From Amphiscolops sp. MND2022 (Eukaryota), in NCBI GenBank assembly GCA_964187785.1, contig OZ076409.1, positions 73,472,001-73,536,000 on the forward strand: a stretch of 64,000 bases of DNA, given 5' to 3'. The position numbers and the translations under genes are program-made. Position 1 is the stretch's first letter. Each line of letters opens with the position of its first letter. Positions 47,801 to 61,400 of the stretch are shown piece after piece. Below the pieces are notes generated by a model. It had not been told where the DNA came from. It was given only the letters and a program-made list of their open reading frames with translations, and did not search any database.

Positions 47801-50800
47801 AGACAAATTTTCGTACAGATCGGATAAAAATTGACTGAGTAATAGCCGCAAATCCGACGAATTTTTCAGAAAATTTTGGTACATCTAGTCTATCTCTGCC
47901 GTTTTTTGCCCAGATTTTTTTCCAGGACCTCTCCTAAAGGCCTCCCCTGGCCGGTTTACGTCCCAGAAAAACCATTTGGCCCTTTTGCCGCAGTTTCAGC
48001 GTTCCAGGATTCCCCGGGTAAAAGTAAAATGACTTAGAATTTTTTCGAAAAATTTTCAAAATTTTTTTTTTCAACTTCAGGCCTTCCAAAGTCAAGAAAC
48101 GTCCACACAACTAGTATTGCAAGTGAATGCATGTGGAAAGTGCTCGAATAGACGAGAAAAATGAGCTATTATAAACCTCTGTAGCTTAACCTGACGTTGA
48201 CTTATGACCATTTTAGTGTGAGCTTGCTATGTGAGAAAAAATTTCAAAAATTGAAAATCGAAGCTAAGTCTCATCCAAAACTCATCGGAATACGTTCAAT
48301 CCATCCCAAAGCGGTTTGTTCCCAATTGTAGAGTGCAGCAACACCATTCAAGATCATTTGACCCATTTATATTAGTTTTGACACCGTCTTATCCGTTTGA
48401 AAGTTCGAAACAGTTAAGTACATTCCATCTCCCCTCCGTGGGAGATGGTAATGTACTCGCAAAAAGCCAAGTACTACCGCCCTATTCGACCCGTAGTGGT
48501 GCTAGAAATGTAGTAGCGGGAGCGCCAGGCTGTTTACAGTAGCCTTTACGGGTGTTGTGACTATGTATTACAAATCTAACTATGTTACTGAACGTGAAAA
48601 AATTGTTTCAATCCCAAATTTTTTTTTCAACTTTAGTATGTCACCAATAAACATATATCCATCTTTCCTACTACAACCACCCTACCACCCGGCCCCTCGT
48701 ATCTTTGTTCAACCGTACACGTCTAGGTGCCGGGATTTCTATTCGATAAAGTATGTGGCGCGTGTGGGTAGGGTCCCTGGCGCGCTCTTGGGTATGGTGT
48801 TCACCAGCTAGGAAACAGGGGTCGATTTTTCGGGATCTCCTAAACTAGCCACACGATTTGGCTGAAATTTGGCACACGTACTCCCCTCGGCACGGTGAAG
48901 ATGATTTCCTACTGACGTTTTTCCCGCAAATTTTTTTTTGTTGTCCAAAATAACGGTTTTTGGGGTAAAATTTTGAATTTTTTTTAAATTTTATCTTATA
49001 TCTCGCCACGGGTTTACGCTAGCGCTTCGAAACCCTGCTAAAGAAAGCTTGCAAACTGTCTCAGGAATGCGGTGTGACATTTCCAGCTCAATCGGACTTA
49101 AACTCAGGGAGATATAGCGTTTTTCCGGAGCGGGGGGGTTTCATTTTTCTAACGGTCCAGCTTATCTTAGCCATTTTTTCGAAAATGTACTCGCCTAAAG
49201 ACCTCCCCTGGCCGGTTTTATTCCCAGCAAAACCATTTGGCCCTAAATACGGAGTTTCAGCGTTCCAGCATTCCCGGGCGAAAAGTTGTGGGACTTAGAA
49301 AATTTCAAAAATTTTCAAAATTTTTTTTTTTCGGTTTTCCGCCCTCCCCCCGAGGGGAAAAGACCCCCCAACCAGTAAATTGAGTGAATTCATGTGGAAA
49401 GGCCATGTTTAGAGGAGAAAAATCCCGTTTAAATCGTCTTTTTATCTTTATTCAACGTTGACTTATGACGTTTTGAAGGTGATGTTTGGAGGTGTGAAGC
49501 ACGTGAAAAGTAAACGTTATGAGTATTGATCTGATCTGAAAGCCATTGAGATGCAACCTGTTTTGCTCAAAACGTAATTCAGATCAGTTTGGTAGTCAAT
49601 CAACACCCTTTGTTGTCATTTGACATCTTTTTTTGTTGATATAAGAAAAAATTTCGTGTATTTATTCATTTTTTTCTCATCAAATAACTTGAAACAGTTG
49701 AGTACATTCCATCCCCCCTTCACGGGGGAGATGAGAATGTACTCGCAAAAAGCCCCGAACTACGGCCCTTACCTTCCTGAGCTACGCAGTATAAAGATTG
49801 CATATTGGTTCCGACATTTTGATAGAGTTATATCTTGGTAATCTGTCTGGGTATGCAGAAAAACCAGCACGTGCTTTTTTATACCAAGTTGATTACAACG
49901 ACAATTATTTTATATCAACGCCCCCATATTTATCAACGCCCCCCGTCCGTGGGCATGCCGAGGCATGCCCTTCGACGACGTATACCAAGATATGTTCGAG
50001 CGCGTTAGCCTAGGTGCCAAGCTTTGACCAGCAACCCAACTCTTTGAGGGCGGGGTAGGGCCCCCAGCCCGAACATAAGGCTTTAGACTTTCAACGTAAG
50101 GCCATTATAAAAGTCTGACCCCGATTTTCTAAACGAGCCTATCGATTTGGCTCAAATTTTGCATACGGCTTCCTCTAGCGATTCTAAGAACTTTTCCCTA
50201 CTACCATTTTGCCCGGAAAATTTTTTTTGTTGACTTATTGACATTTTTAGGTACCGAAAATGGCGTTTTTTCGAAAAAATTTTTTTCAAGAGCCCATATC
50301 TCGCTCCCAGGTGCTCGGAGCGGGTCGCATGTGGACGTTAATATTGCTGGGCACTTCGTAAGGAGTCCGTAGACAAATTTTCGTACAGATCGGATGAAAA
50401 TTGACTGAGTAATAGCCGCAAATCCGACGATTTTTTCAGAAAATTTTCGTACATCTAGTCTATCTCTGCCGTTTTTTGCCCAGATTTTTTTCCAGGACCT
50501 CTCCTAAAGGCCTCCCCTGGCCGGTTTACATCCCAGAAAAACCATTTGGCCCTTTTGCCGCAGTTTCAGCGTTCCAGGATTCCCCGGGTAAAAGTAAAAT
50601 GACTTAGAATTTTTTCGAAAAATTTTCAAAAATTTTTTTTTTCAACTTCAAGCCTCCCAAAGTCAGGAAACGTCCACACAACTAGTATTGCAAGTGAATG
50701 CATGTGGAAAGTGCTCGAATAGACGAGAAAAATGAGCTATTATAAACCTCTGTAGCTCAACCTGACGTTGACTTATGACAATTTTAGTGTGAGCTTGCTA

Positions 50801-53800
50801 TATGGTAAAAAATTTCAAAAATTGAAAATCGAAGCTAAGTCTCATCCAAAACTCATCGGAATACGTTCAATCCATCCCAAAGCGGTGTAATTCCAGCTAT
50901 GTAGTGCAGCAACGCCATTCAAGGTCTTTTGACCCATTTATATAAGTTTTGATACCGTCTTATCCATCCGAAAGTTCGAAACAGTTAAGTACATTCCATC
51001 TCCCCTCCGTGGGAGATGGTAATGTACCAGCAAAAAGCCAAGTATCACCGTCCTATTCTACCCGTAGTTGTGCTAGAAATGCAGTAGCGGGAGCGCCAGG
51101 CTGTTTACAGTAGCCTTTACGGGTGTTGTGACTATGTATTACAAATCTAACTATGTTACTGAACGTGAAAAAATTGTTTCACTCCAAAATTTTTTTCAAC
51201 TATTCTATGTCATCAATAAAGATATATCCATCCATTTACTACTACCTACCCCATCACCCGCCCCCTCCACTATCTGTTCAACCGTACACGTCTAGGTGCC
51301 GGTGTTTTTCACGACAGAGAAAGTTGCGCGCTTTGGGTAGGGTCCCGGCGCGCTTCAGGGGCTCATTTTTACAACCTGATAGGACACATGCTGAAATGAC
51401 CGATCTCCTAAACTACCCTACCAATTTTGCTGAAATTTGGCACGAAGCTTCCTTGGAACATTCTAAGAACAAATCCCTACTGGCGTTTTGCTGGGAAAAA
51501 TCAAAAAGTTGGTCAAAAATGCGATTTTCCGACAAAATTTTGGGGTAAAATTTTTTTGAAACGTTATATCTCGCCACAGGGTCACGCTAGCGCCTCGCAA
51601 CCTATGATCATGTTTTGTAGGGCGTTGTCTGTAGAACACGTATGCCAAATTTGGTGGCAATCGGACTTAAACTCAGGGAGATATAGCGATTTTTTAGGTG
51701 CTTTTTTTGACATTTTTTGCATTTGCTGATTTATCTCTGCCATTTTTGCCCAAAATTTTTTTGAGACCCTCTCCTAAAGACCTCCCCTGGCCGGTTTACC
51801 TCCCAAAAAAACCATTTGGCCCTAAATACGAAGTTTCAGCGTTCTAGCATTCCCGGGCAAAAAGTTGTGGGACTTAGAAAAATTTTTTCGAAAACGCAAA
51901 ATGTGTAAAGTCAACTTCAGGCCTCTCAAAGTCAAAGAACATCCACACAACTAGTATTGCAAGTGAATGCATGTGGAAAGTACTCAAATAGACGAGGAAA
52001 ATGAGCTATAGAACGACTTTCTATCTTAACTTGACGTTGACTTATGACAATTTTAGTGTGAGCTTGCTATATGGTGAAAAATTCAAAAGATGAAGATCGA
52101 AACTAAGTCTCATCCAAAACTCATCGGAATACGTTCAATGCATCCCAAAGCGGATTAATTCCAGGTGTCTAGTGCAGCAACACCATTCAAGACCATTTGA
52201 CCCATTTTTATAAGTTTTGACAACGTATTATTCATCCGAGAGCACGAAACAGTTGAGTACATTCCATCTCCCTTTTGGGGGAGATGAGAATGTACTCGCT
52301 AAAGTCCAGGTACTACAGCCCATATTTGTTTTTATGCGACGCTCTCATGCTAGTGCGCATACTTTTTATTCGTTTAACTGAATTTTCTTCTGTCTGCACT
52401 TTGACTTTGACTTGACGTATACTGAACGTTTTGTCCTTACAACATGCACATTACTAACGTCAACGCCCCATCCTTGCATCAACGCCCACCGTCCGTGGGC
52501 ATGCCGAGGCATGCCCTTCGACGACGTATACCAAGATATACATAAGCGCGGTAGCCGCTAGGTGCCGGGATTTTCTATTCGACAAGTTTGCGCGCCTTGG
52601 GGAGGGTCCCTTTGCGCGCTTTAAGATCCAGGTGTTTCCAACTCCTAAACGGGCATGTGATTTCGACGATCTCCTAAACTAGCCATACGATTTGGCTGAA
52701 ATTTGGCACACGTACCCCCCTCGGCACGGTGAAGATGATTCCCTACTGACGTTTTTCCCGCTAAACATTTTTTGTTGACCAAAATAACGGTTTTTGGGGT
52801 AAAATTTTCAACTTTTTTTAAATTTCATCTTATATCTCGCCACGGGTACACGCTAGCGCTTCCCAACCTTGCTGACGAAACCTTGCAAACTGTCTCAGGA
52901 ATGCTGTGTGAAATTTACAGCTCAATCGGACTTAAACTCGAGGAGATATAGCGTTTTTCCGGAGCGGGGGGGTTTCATTTTTCTAACGGTCCAGCTTATC
53001 TTTGCCATTTTTTCGAAAATGCACTCGCCTAAAGGCCTCCCCTGGCCGGTTTTATTCCCAGCAAAACCAATTGGCCCTAAATACGGAGTTTCAGCGTTCC
53101 AGCATTCCCGGGCGAAAAGTTGTGGGACTTAGAAAAGTTCAAAAATTTTCAAAAAAAAATTTTTCCGTTATTTGGGCCCCCAAAGTGGGGGAAAAGACCC
53201 CCCAACCAGTAAAGCAAGTGAATGCATGTGCAAAGCCCTTGTTTAGAGGAGAAAAATGCCGTTTAGAACGTCTTTTTATCTTAACTTGACATTGACTTTT
53301 GTCGTTTTAAAGTGACCGTTAGATACAGAAAATTGATATTTTGAGTATTTATCCCATCTGAAAGCCATTGAGATACAACATGTTTTGCTCAAAACGTGTT
53401 TCATTGCAGTTCCGCTGTCCATTGACACCCTTTGATGTCTTTTGACGTACTTTTCTTTTCTATAATAACAATTTTTTTGTGTATTTATTCTTTTTTTTCT
53501 CATCAAATAACTTGAAACAGTTGAGTACATTCCATCTCCCTTCCCGGGGGAGATGAGAATGTACTCGCTAAAGGTCAGGAACTACGGTCTATATCTTCCA
53601 CAACACAAAAGGGATTGCAAATGGTTTCAGTTTGTCGCAGAAAACTTCTTTTTGCCCTCTGTGACTCGACAAAATGAACGTTTCTTACTTACTTTGAAAC
53701 TCAGCATACCACAACTCATCTCTAACGTCAGCGCCCCCCTACTTGCATCAACGCCCACCGTCCGTGGGCATGCCGAGGCATGCCCTTCGACGACGTATAC

Positions 53801-56390
53801 CAAGATATACCTGGAGCGCGGTAGCCGCTAGGTGCCGGTGTATTTTTACACAATGGGGGATGTTGCGCGTGTGGGGAGGGTCCCTGACGCGCTTCCGTGG
53901 TTTCGGGTCTTCTAACCTATGATAGCGTGACACCTGACTTCGATCTCGTAAACTAGCCGTACGATTTGGCTGAAATTTGGCACACGTACCCCCCTCGGCA
54001 CGGTGAAGATGATTTCCTACTGACGTTTTTCCCGCTAAACATTTTTTGTTGACCAAAATAACGGTTTTTGGGGTAAAATTTTGAATTTTTTTTAAATTTC
54101 ATCTCATATCTCGCCACGGGTACACGCTAGCGCTTCCAAACCTTGCTGACGAAAGCTTGCAAACTGTCTCAGGAATGCGGTGTGAAATTTTCGGCTCAAT
54201 CAGACCTAAATTCGGGGAGATATAGCGTTTTTCCGGAGCGGGGGGGTTTCATTTTTCTAACGGTCCAGCTTATCTTTGCCATTTTTTCGAAAATGTACTC
54301 GCCTAAAGGCCTCCCCTGGCCGGTTTTATTCCCAGCAAAACCATTTGGCCCTAAATACGGAGTTTCAGCGTTCCAGCATTTCCGGGCGAAAAGTTGTGGG
54401 ACTTAGAAAAGTTCAAAAATTTTCAAAAAAATTTTTTTCCGTTATTTGGGTCCTCAAAGTGGTGGAAAAGACCCCCCAACCAGTAAAGCAAGTGAATGCA
54501 TGTGGAAAGCCCTTGTTTAGACGAGAAAAATGCCGTTTAGAACGTCTTTTTATCTTAACTTGACATTGACTTTTGTCGTTTTGAAGGTGACCGTTAGATA
54601 CGGAAAATTGATTTTTTGAGTATTTATCCCATCTGAAAGCCATTGAGATACAAAATTTTTTGTTCAAAACGTGTTTCATTGCAGTTTCGCTGTCCATTAA
54701 CACCCTTTGGTGTCTTTTGACGTAATTTTCTTTTCTATAATAACAATTTCTTTGTGTATTTATTCATTTTTTTCTCATCAAATAACTTGAAACAGTTGAG
54801 TACATTCCATCTCCCTTCCCGGGGGAGATGAGAATGTACTCGCTAAAGGTCAGGAACTACGGTCTATATCTTCCACAACACAAAAGAGATTGCAAATTGT
54901 TTCAGTTTGTCGCAGAAAACTTCTTTTTGCACTCTGTGACTCGACAAAGAGAACGTTTCTTACTTACTTTGAATCTCACCATACCACAACTCATCTCTAA
55001 CGTCAACGCCCCCCACACACATCAACGCCCCCCGTCCGTGGGCATGCCGAGGCATGCCCTTCGACGACGTATAGCAAAATATATTCGAACGCGGTAGCCG
55101 CTAGGTGCCGGGATTTCTATTCGATAAGGTATTTTGCGCGTGTGGGTAGGGTCCCTGGCGCGCTCTTGGGTATGGTGTTCACCAGCTAGGAAATAGGGGT
55201 CGATTTTTCGGGATCTCCTAAACTAGCCACACGATTTGGCTGAAATTTGGCACACGTACCCCCCTCGGCACGGTGAAGATGATTTCCTACTGACGTTTTT
55301 CCCGCAAAATTTTTTTTGTTGTCCAAAATAACGGTTTTTGGGGTAAAAATTTGAATTTTTTTAAAATTTTATCTTATATCTCGCCACCGGTTTACGCTAG
55401 CGCTTCAAAACCCTGCTAAAGAAAGCTTGCAAACTGTCTCAGGAATGCGGTGTGAAATTTTCAGCTCAATCGGACTTAAACTCGGGGAGATATAGCGTTT
55501 TTCCGGAGCGGGGGGTTTCATTTTTCTAACGGTCCAGCTTATCTTTGCCATTTTTTCGAAAATGCACTCGCCTAAAGGCCTCCCCTGGCCGGTTTTATTC
55601 CCAGCAAAACCATTTGGCCCTAAATACGGAGTTTCAGCGTTCCAGCATTCCCGGGCGAAAAGTTGTGAGACTTAGAAAAGTTCAAAAATTTTCAAAAATT
55701 TTTTTTTTCCGTTTTCCCCCCTCCCCCCCTAGGGGAAAAGACCCCCCAACCAGTAATTTGAGTGAATTCATGTGGAAAGGCCATGTTTAGAGGAGAAAAA
55801 TGCCGTTTAGAACGTCTTTTTGTCTTGGCTCAACGTTGACTTATGACGTTTTGAAGGTGATGTTTGGAGGTGTAAAGCACGTGAATAGTAAACGTTATGA
55901 GTATTTATCTGATCTGAAAGCCATTGAGATGAATATGGTTTGCTCAAAACGTAATTCATGGCAGTTTGGCAATCAATCAACACCCTTTGTTGTCGTTTGA
56001 CATACTTTTTTGTTGTTATAATAAAAAATTTTGTGTATTTATTCATTTTTTTCTCATCAAATAACTTGAAACAGTTGAGTACATTCCATCCCCCCCTTCC
56101 GGGGGAGATGAGAATGTACTCGCAAAAAGCACCGAACTACGGCCCTTACCTTCCCGAGCTACGCAGTATAAGGATTACATATTGGTTCCGACATTTTCAT
56201 AGAGTTAAATCTTGGTAATCTGTCTGGATATGCAGAAAAACCAGCACGTGCTTTTTTATACCAAGTTGCTTACAACGACAATTATTTTATATCAACGCCC
56301 CCATATTTATCAACGCCCCCCGTCCGTGGGCATGCCGAGGCATGCCCTTCGACGACGTATACCAAGATATGTTCGAGCGCGTTAGCCTAG
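44878..56390 (+). mobile_element. Units U25-U33, interleaved subfamilies in the order A,A,B,A,B,C,A,A,A
   Basis: Junctions end at 46148, 47442, 48726, 50013, 51295, 52561, 53831, 55104 and 56390. U25 and U31 are nearly identical. Confidence 0.85.
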
Positions 56391-58406
56391 GTGGTCGGGG
56401 TTTTCTCCCCACCTTTATTTGCGAGCGCGGGAGACGGGTCCTGTCGCGAGCCTTAGATACCAAAAATAGCCTATCCGCGACCGGGTCAAAAAAATGCGAT
56501 CTCGAAAACTAGCCGTACGATTCGGCTGAAATTTGGCACATGGCTTCCTATAACAGTTCTAAGAAACATTTACTACTGACGTTTTGCTGGCAAAAATCGA
56601 AAAGTGGGTCAAAATAACGGTTTTTGGGGTAAAAAGTAGCGTTTTTTTGAAAATTTTGCATTTCACAGCCAATTACTCGGAAATGGTCGATCCAGCGCAG
56701 TAACGCCTTGCTGATTTATTGTTGGGCACGTCAAGAAGCGTACGTACACAAATTTTGGTCCATATCGGACTGAAACTTGGGGAGATATTAACGGTAGTTT
56801 GGGGGTTTCAAACCGCTATTTTACCGGAAATTGCACTTTTTGACCGGGAAGGAGTTGTCTGAGTGCGGGGTCGTCTGGTAATGTTTTGTAGAGCATCTGG
56901 GGACGTAGTGGGGGACATGTAATTTAATGACCCCGGTTAACCCCTCGGACGGGAAATGACCGTTATGTGGGTTTTAAATGTGGCCCCCGCCAATTTTCCC
57001 CGTTATTTCCGGTGTGAAGGAGTGGTAGTAGCGCGCCGGGTGCCTTATATCAAAAGTACGTTTAGACAAGGACCTATTGGAAACATGTGGTTTGGGACCC
57101 TTTGAACGGACCCGTTAGCCGCTAATGGGGTGACTGCCTCCTTTTTTTGGGGGTAAAACCGTAAAACGGGCATTGAAGTGAAATTAACTCGTGAACGCGT
57201 GGAGCTATCGTGTCCTTCACTACTACAAGGTTTCATACCCATGATATGGTGCCTTCAGGGGGGCGAACAGATTTCCGCTATCTATCACCGTTACGGACTT
57301 GGCCCCCCAGCCTAACCGCTATGTGACCGGAAATGTCACTTTTTGAGCCCAAAGTGTCGGTCCCAGCGTGGCAACGTTAGGTAACCTATTGTAGTACACA
57401 TTGAGACGAGTTGGGGGATTTAGTTTCAGTCACACCCTGTTGGCCCGTTAGGTCGGAAATGACCGTTATGTAGTGAAAAATGGGATTTTTATAGTTTTTG
57501 AAGGCCATTTCGGGCAGGAAGGAGGGGTAATATGACTTTGGACACCATATGATGGAAGACGTGAAGTGTGACGAGCATTCCGGATTAACCGTTATGATGA
57601 CCCGGAAGTCCCCCTGGCCCCGGAAATGACCAAAAAAATGTAACATTTTGTGTTTTTTGATTAAAAATGTTTGTTATTTAACCGAATAAAGTACATGTTA
57701 GGTGTTTCAATTTCTTCCAGAGGTGAATATAGTCCAATTACATGGTGGGGGGTAACGGTATATTGCCCCGGAAGTCCAACCCGTTGGGTCTGAGTATGTT
57801 TTTCGGGTTTTAAAATGTGTCAAAACGTACTTTTGTGTAATAAATCTCTATTGTAGGCTAATAAGGACCATTTTTGAAGAGTTTAAATTTTTTCATAGTA
57901 GTTTGTGGAACACCAAAAACTTAAATAACATAACCGTTATAATTTGATAGCCTTTCAAGTTGGCCTTGTGTCAACTTGGAAAGGCTATCCTTCAAGACTC
58001 ATGCAACAAAGAAGTTTTTGGGTACATTTGTAATGCTTTAGTGTCAATTAGAGTATCAACAAGAGTATACCAAGCACTAAAACTATGTCTAGTTTTCGTT
58101 ATTAGGATATTAGTTTCCTGAATATTTGTCGGAAATGCTTTTTTAAATCTCTTTTAATGTGGTCTAAATACTCTGAAAACACTTTATCGAACCAATTTTC
58201 TTGGATGAACCTTAGTAACAATACTAAAAATCGTAGACAACCTTGCTTCGTTTAAATATTTGAAGCTGAAACCGCACCTTACCGTTGCTCAAACTTCAAC
58301 CCGACGCCCCATAGCATACATCAACGCACATCGTCTGTGGGCATGCCGAGGCATGCCCTTCGACGACGTATGCCAAATACCTTTAACCCGACGCCCGCAG
58401 TCCTGG
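56391..58406 (+). mobile_element. Unit U34, divergent (2016 bp), ending in CTGG
   Basis: Interior homologous to U18; palindromic tail; junction CTGG|GTG at 58403-58409. Confidence 0.75.
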
Positions 58407-61400
58407 GTGGAGGTTATTTTATAATAATTAAAGTGTTTTTTTCCGGAGTTTGTGGCTTTGGAAAAAACAAAAGGCGAGAAATTGGGCACTCCGGGCTGAA
58501 CCGTATACACTCAAAATTCGCCCGATATTTATACGATCTCGAAACCCAGCCGTACGATTTGGCTGAAAATTTGCATGCGGCTAGAAAATCAGATTCTAAG
58601 AACTATTTCCTGTTGACATTTTTTTGAAATTTTTGTGTACGTTTCCCCCCCGCCCCCTAAAGGGGTCAATTTTCCCCAATTTTGCACTTATGAGTCAAAT
58701 TCTCAAAACTGGTGGATCTGAGCGTATTCCCGGCGGGGACAACTTTTAACAAGCGCTCTTTAGTAGACCTATTTGACTTTTTACTTTGGTGGTACGTTCA
58801 CCCCCCAAGGAGGAAATGGCGTTTTTGTGACTTCCGGTCGAGACTTTTTTCACCCAAAAAATAGAAATCAGCCAGTTTTGAGCAGGAAGGAGTGGATTTA
58901 AAGTGTCTGTAGCCTGCTAGAAATTTGTTGGGCTTGTAGCGTTAGATCTCATACCAAGTCTGGTTTTCACCCCCAAACCCCCCTCGAGACCAAAATTCAT
59001 CCAAACGTTTTACCTCTATTTGTAGTTTTTTTCACAAAATGTCGTCATTTCCATCGGTAAAGATTTGAATTAGGGGCTCCTAATAAGGTACCAAGGTTCA
59101 AGTACAGTTGGAATGCAACTGAGTGACCCTTTTTGGGCCTCTCGTGTGTTCGGCAATGACCGGAAGTGGTATAAACCCCCCTTTTTTGACGTTTGTTGAC
59201 CTTGAGACTTGCGCTTAGATGACGTTTATGTCGCGCAAATCCTACAAACCAGTATTAGGATGACATGCTAGCCAACTAGAGACCAATAAGGGAAACTATA
59301 ATATACCGGAAGTAACCCCCCCTTGACCGGAAGTTGTCATTTTTGACCGGAAATGGTCCAAAACCTAGCCTGAAAGCAGTTTTTCACTGCTTTCTGAAGT
59401 CAACTTAATACTTTTTAAATATTCGCGAGCTTGTATTCAGATTCGTTTTTGTTACCCGTGCAATTTGCAACAAATATTCATCCGTAAACTTTTCTCTATG
59501 ATGTCGTCGGATAGAGAAATATCGTGTTTTTGAGACTCTTTTTAAAAAATATTAGACTATATCTGTCATTTTTACCCAAAGTTTTCAACAGTACAACCAC
59601 AGTGGTTAATCTCTGCCCAAATATTTGCCTTTCAAAACTATTTGGCCCATTGGCCTCAGTTTGAGCGTTCCAACTTTGCGTGGTCATAAGCTAAGGGACT
59701 TAAAAAATTCCAAACTTTTTCAAAAAAAAAATTCTCACATTCATGTCCCCCAAAGTGACGAAATTTCCACACAACTAGGATTGCAAGTGGATGCATGTGG
59801 CAAGCCCTATAAACGAAGAGAAAAGAGCCGCTTAGAACGTCCCTTTATCGTAACTTGACGTTAACGTATGGTGCTTTGAATGAGAGGTTGATAAGAGGTC
59901 GAGAAGTCAAAGTGTGTAAATGGAACTTATGTCTCGTCGAAAACTCATCGGAACACATGTAATGAAACCCAAATTGTCCACAATTGCAGTTGCCTACTGC
60001 AACAACGTCTTTCTGGTACATTTTACCCTTTCTCAAAAGTGTCAAAATTACTTTTAAATTCATTAGCAAGAAACATTTGAGTACATTTTCATCTCTCCCC
60101 AGTGGGTGAGATGAGAATGTTCTTGCTAAAAGCCAGGTACTACGGCCCATTTTTCTTTTGTTGCGACGCATTCTGTGCTTTAGCACATAGATACTTCTTT
60201 TCGGTCTCACGTTTTGTATACATTCTGATTTGTTGTTTTAAGTTTCTCGTCATAACTTTACATAAATTTACAACCATAAAGCGTTATCGTCAACGCCACA
60301 AGCATTTAGACGCCCACCATTCCGTAGGTATGTCGAGGCATATCGTTCGATTACGTATGTCAAAACGCAAACAAGACAAAAAGTGCTGAAATTCTGGAAC
60401 AGTGACAAACAATTTTGACTATTTGACATATGGTATGTTTTTATATGGAATTTACACATCACTGACATTTCACAACATTCCAGCTGACACCCACATACCA
60501 ACATCAACGCCCACCGTCCGTGGGCATGCCGAGGCATGCCCTTCGACGACGTATGCCATTTTTTTGTATCTACACCCGATTGCGCTAGCTGCTAGGTGGA
60601 GGTTATTTTATAATAATTAAAGTGTTTTTTTCCGGAGTTTGTGGCTTTGGAAAAAACAAAAGGCGAGAAATTGGGCACTCCGGGCTGAACCGTATACACT
60701 CAAAATTCGCCCATTATTTATACGATCTCGAAACTCAGCCGTACGATTTGGCTGAAAATTTGCATGCGGCTAAAAAATCAGATTCTAAGAACTATTTCCT
60801 GCTGACATTTTTTTGAAATTTTTGTGTACGTTTCCCCCCCGCCCCCTAAAGGGGTCAATTTTCCCCAATTTTGCACTTATGAGTCAAATTCTCAAAATTG
60901 GTGGATCTGAGCGTATTCCCGGCGGGGACAACTTTTAACAGGCGCTCTTCAGTAGACCTATTGGATTTTGTACTTTGGTGGTACGTTCACCCCCCGAGGA
61001 GGAAATGGCGTTTTTGTGACTTCCGGTCGAGGCTTTTTTCACCCAAAAAATTGAATTAAGCCAGTTTTGAGCAGGAAGGAGTGGATTTAAAGTGCCTGTA
61101 CCCTGCTAAAAATTTGTTGGGCTTGTAGCGATATATCTCATACCAAGTCTGGTTGTCACCCCCAAACCCCCCTTGGGACCAAAATTCACTGAAACTTTTT
61201 TACCTCTGTTTGTAGTTTTTTTGCAAAATTTCGTCATTTCCATGGGTAGGGAGTTGAATTAGGGGCTCCCAATAGGGTACCAATGTTCAAGTACACTTGC
61301 AGTGCAACTGAGTGACCCTTTTTGGGCCTATCCTGTGTTCGACAGGGACCGGAAGTGGTGTAAACCCCCCTTTTTTGACGTTTGTTGACCTTGAGACTCG

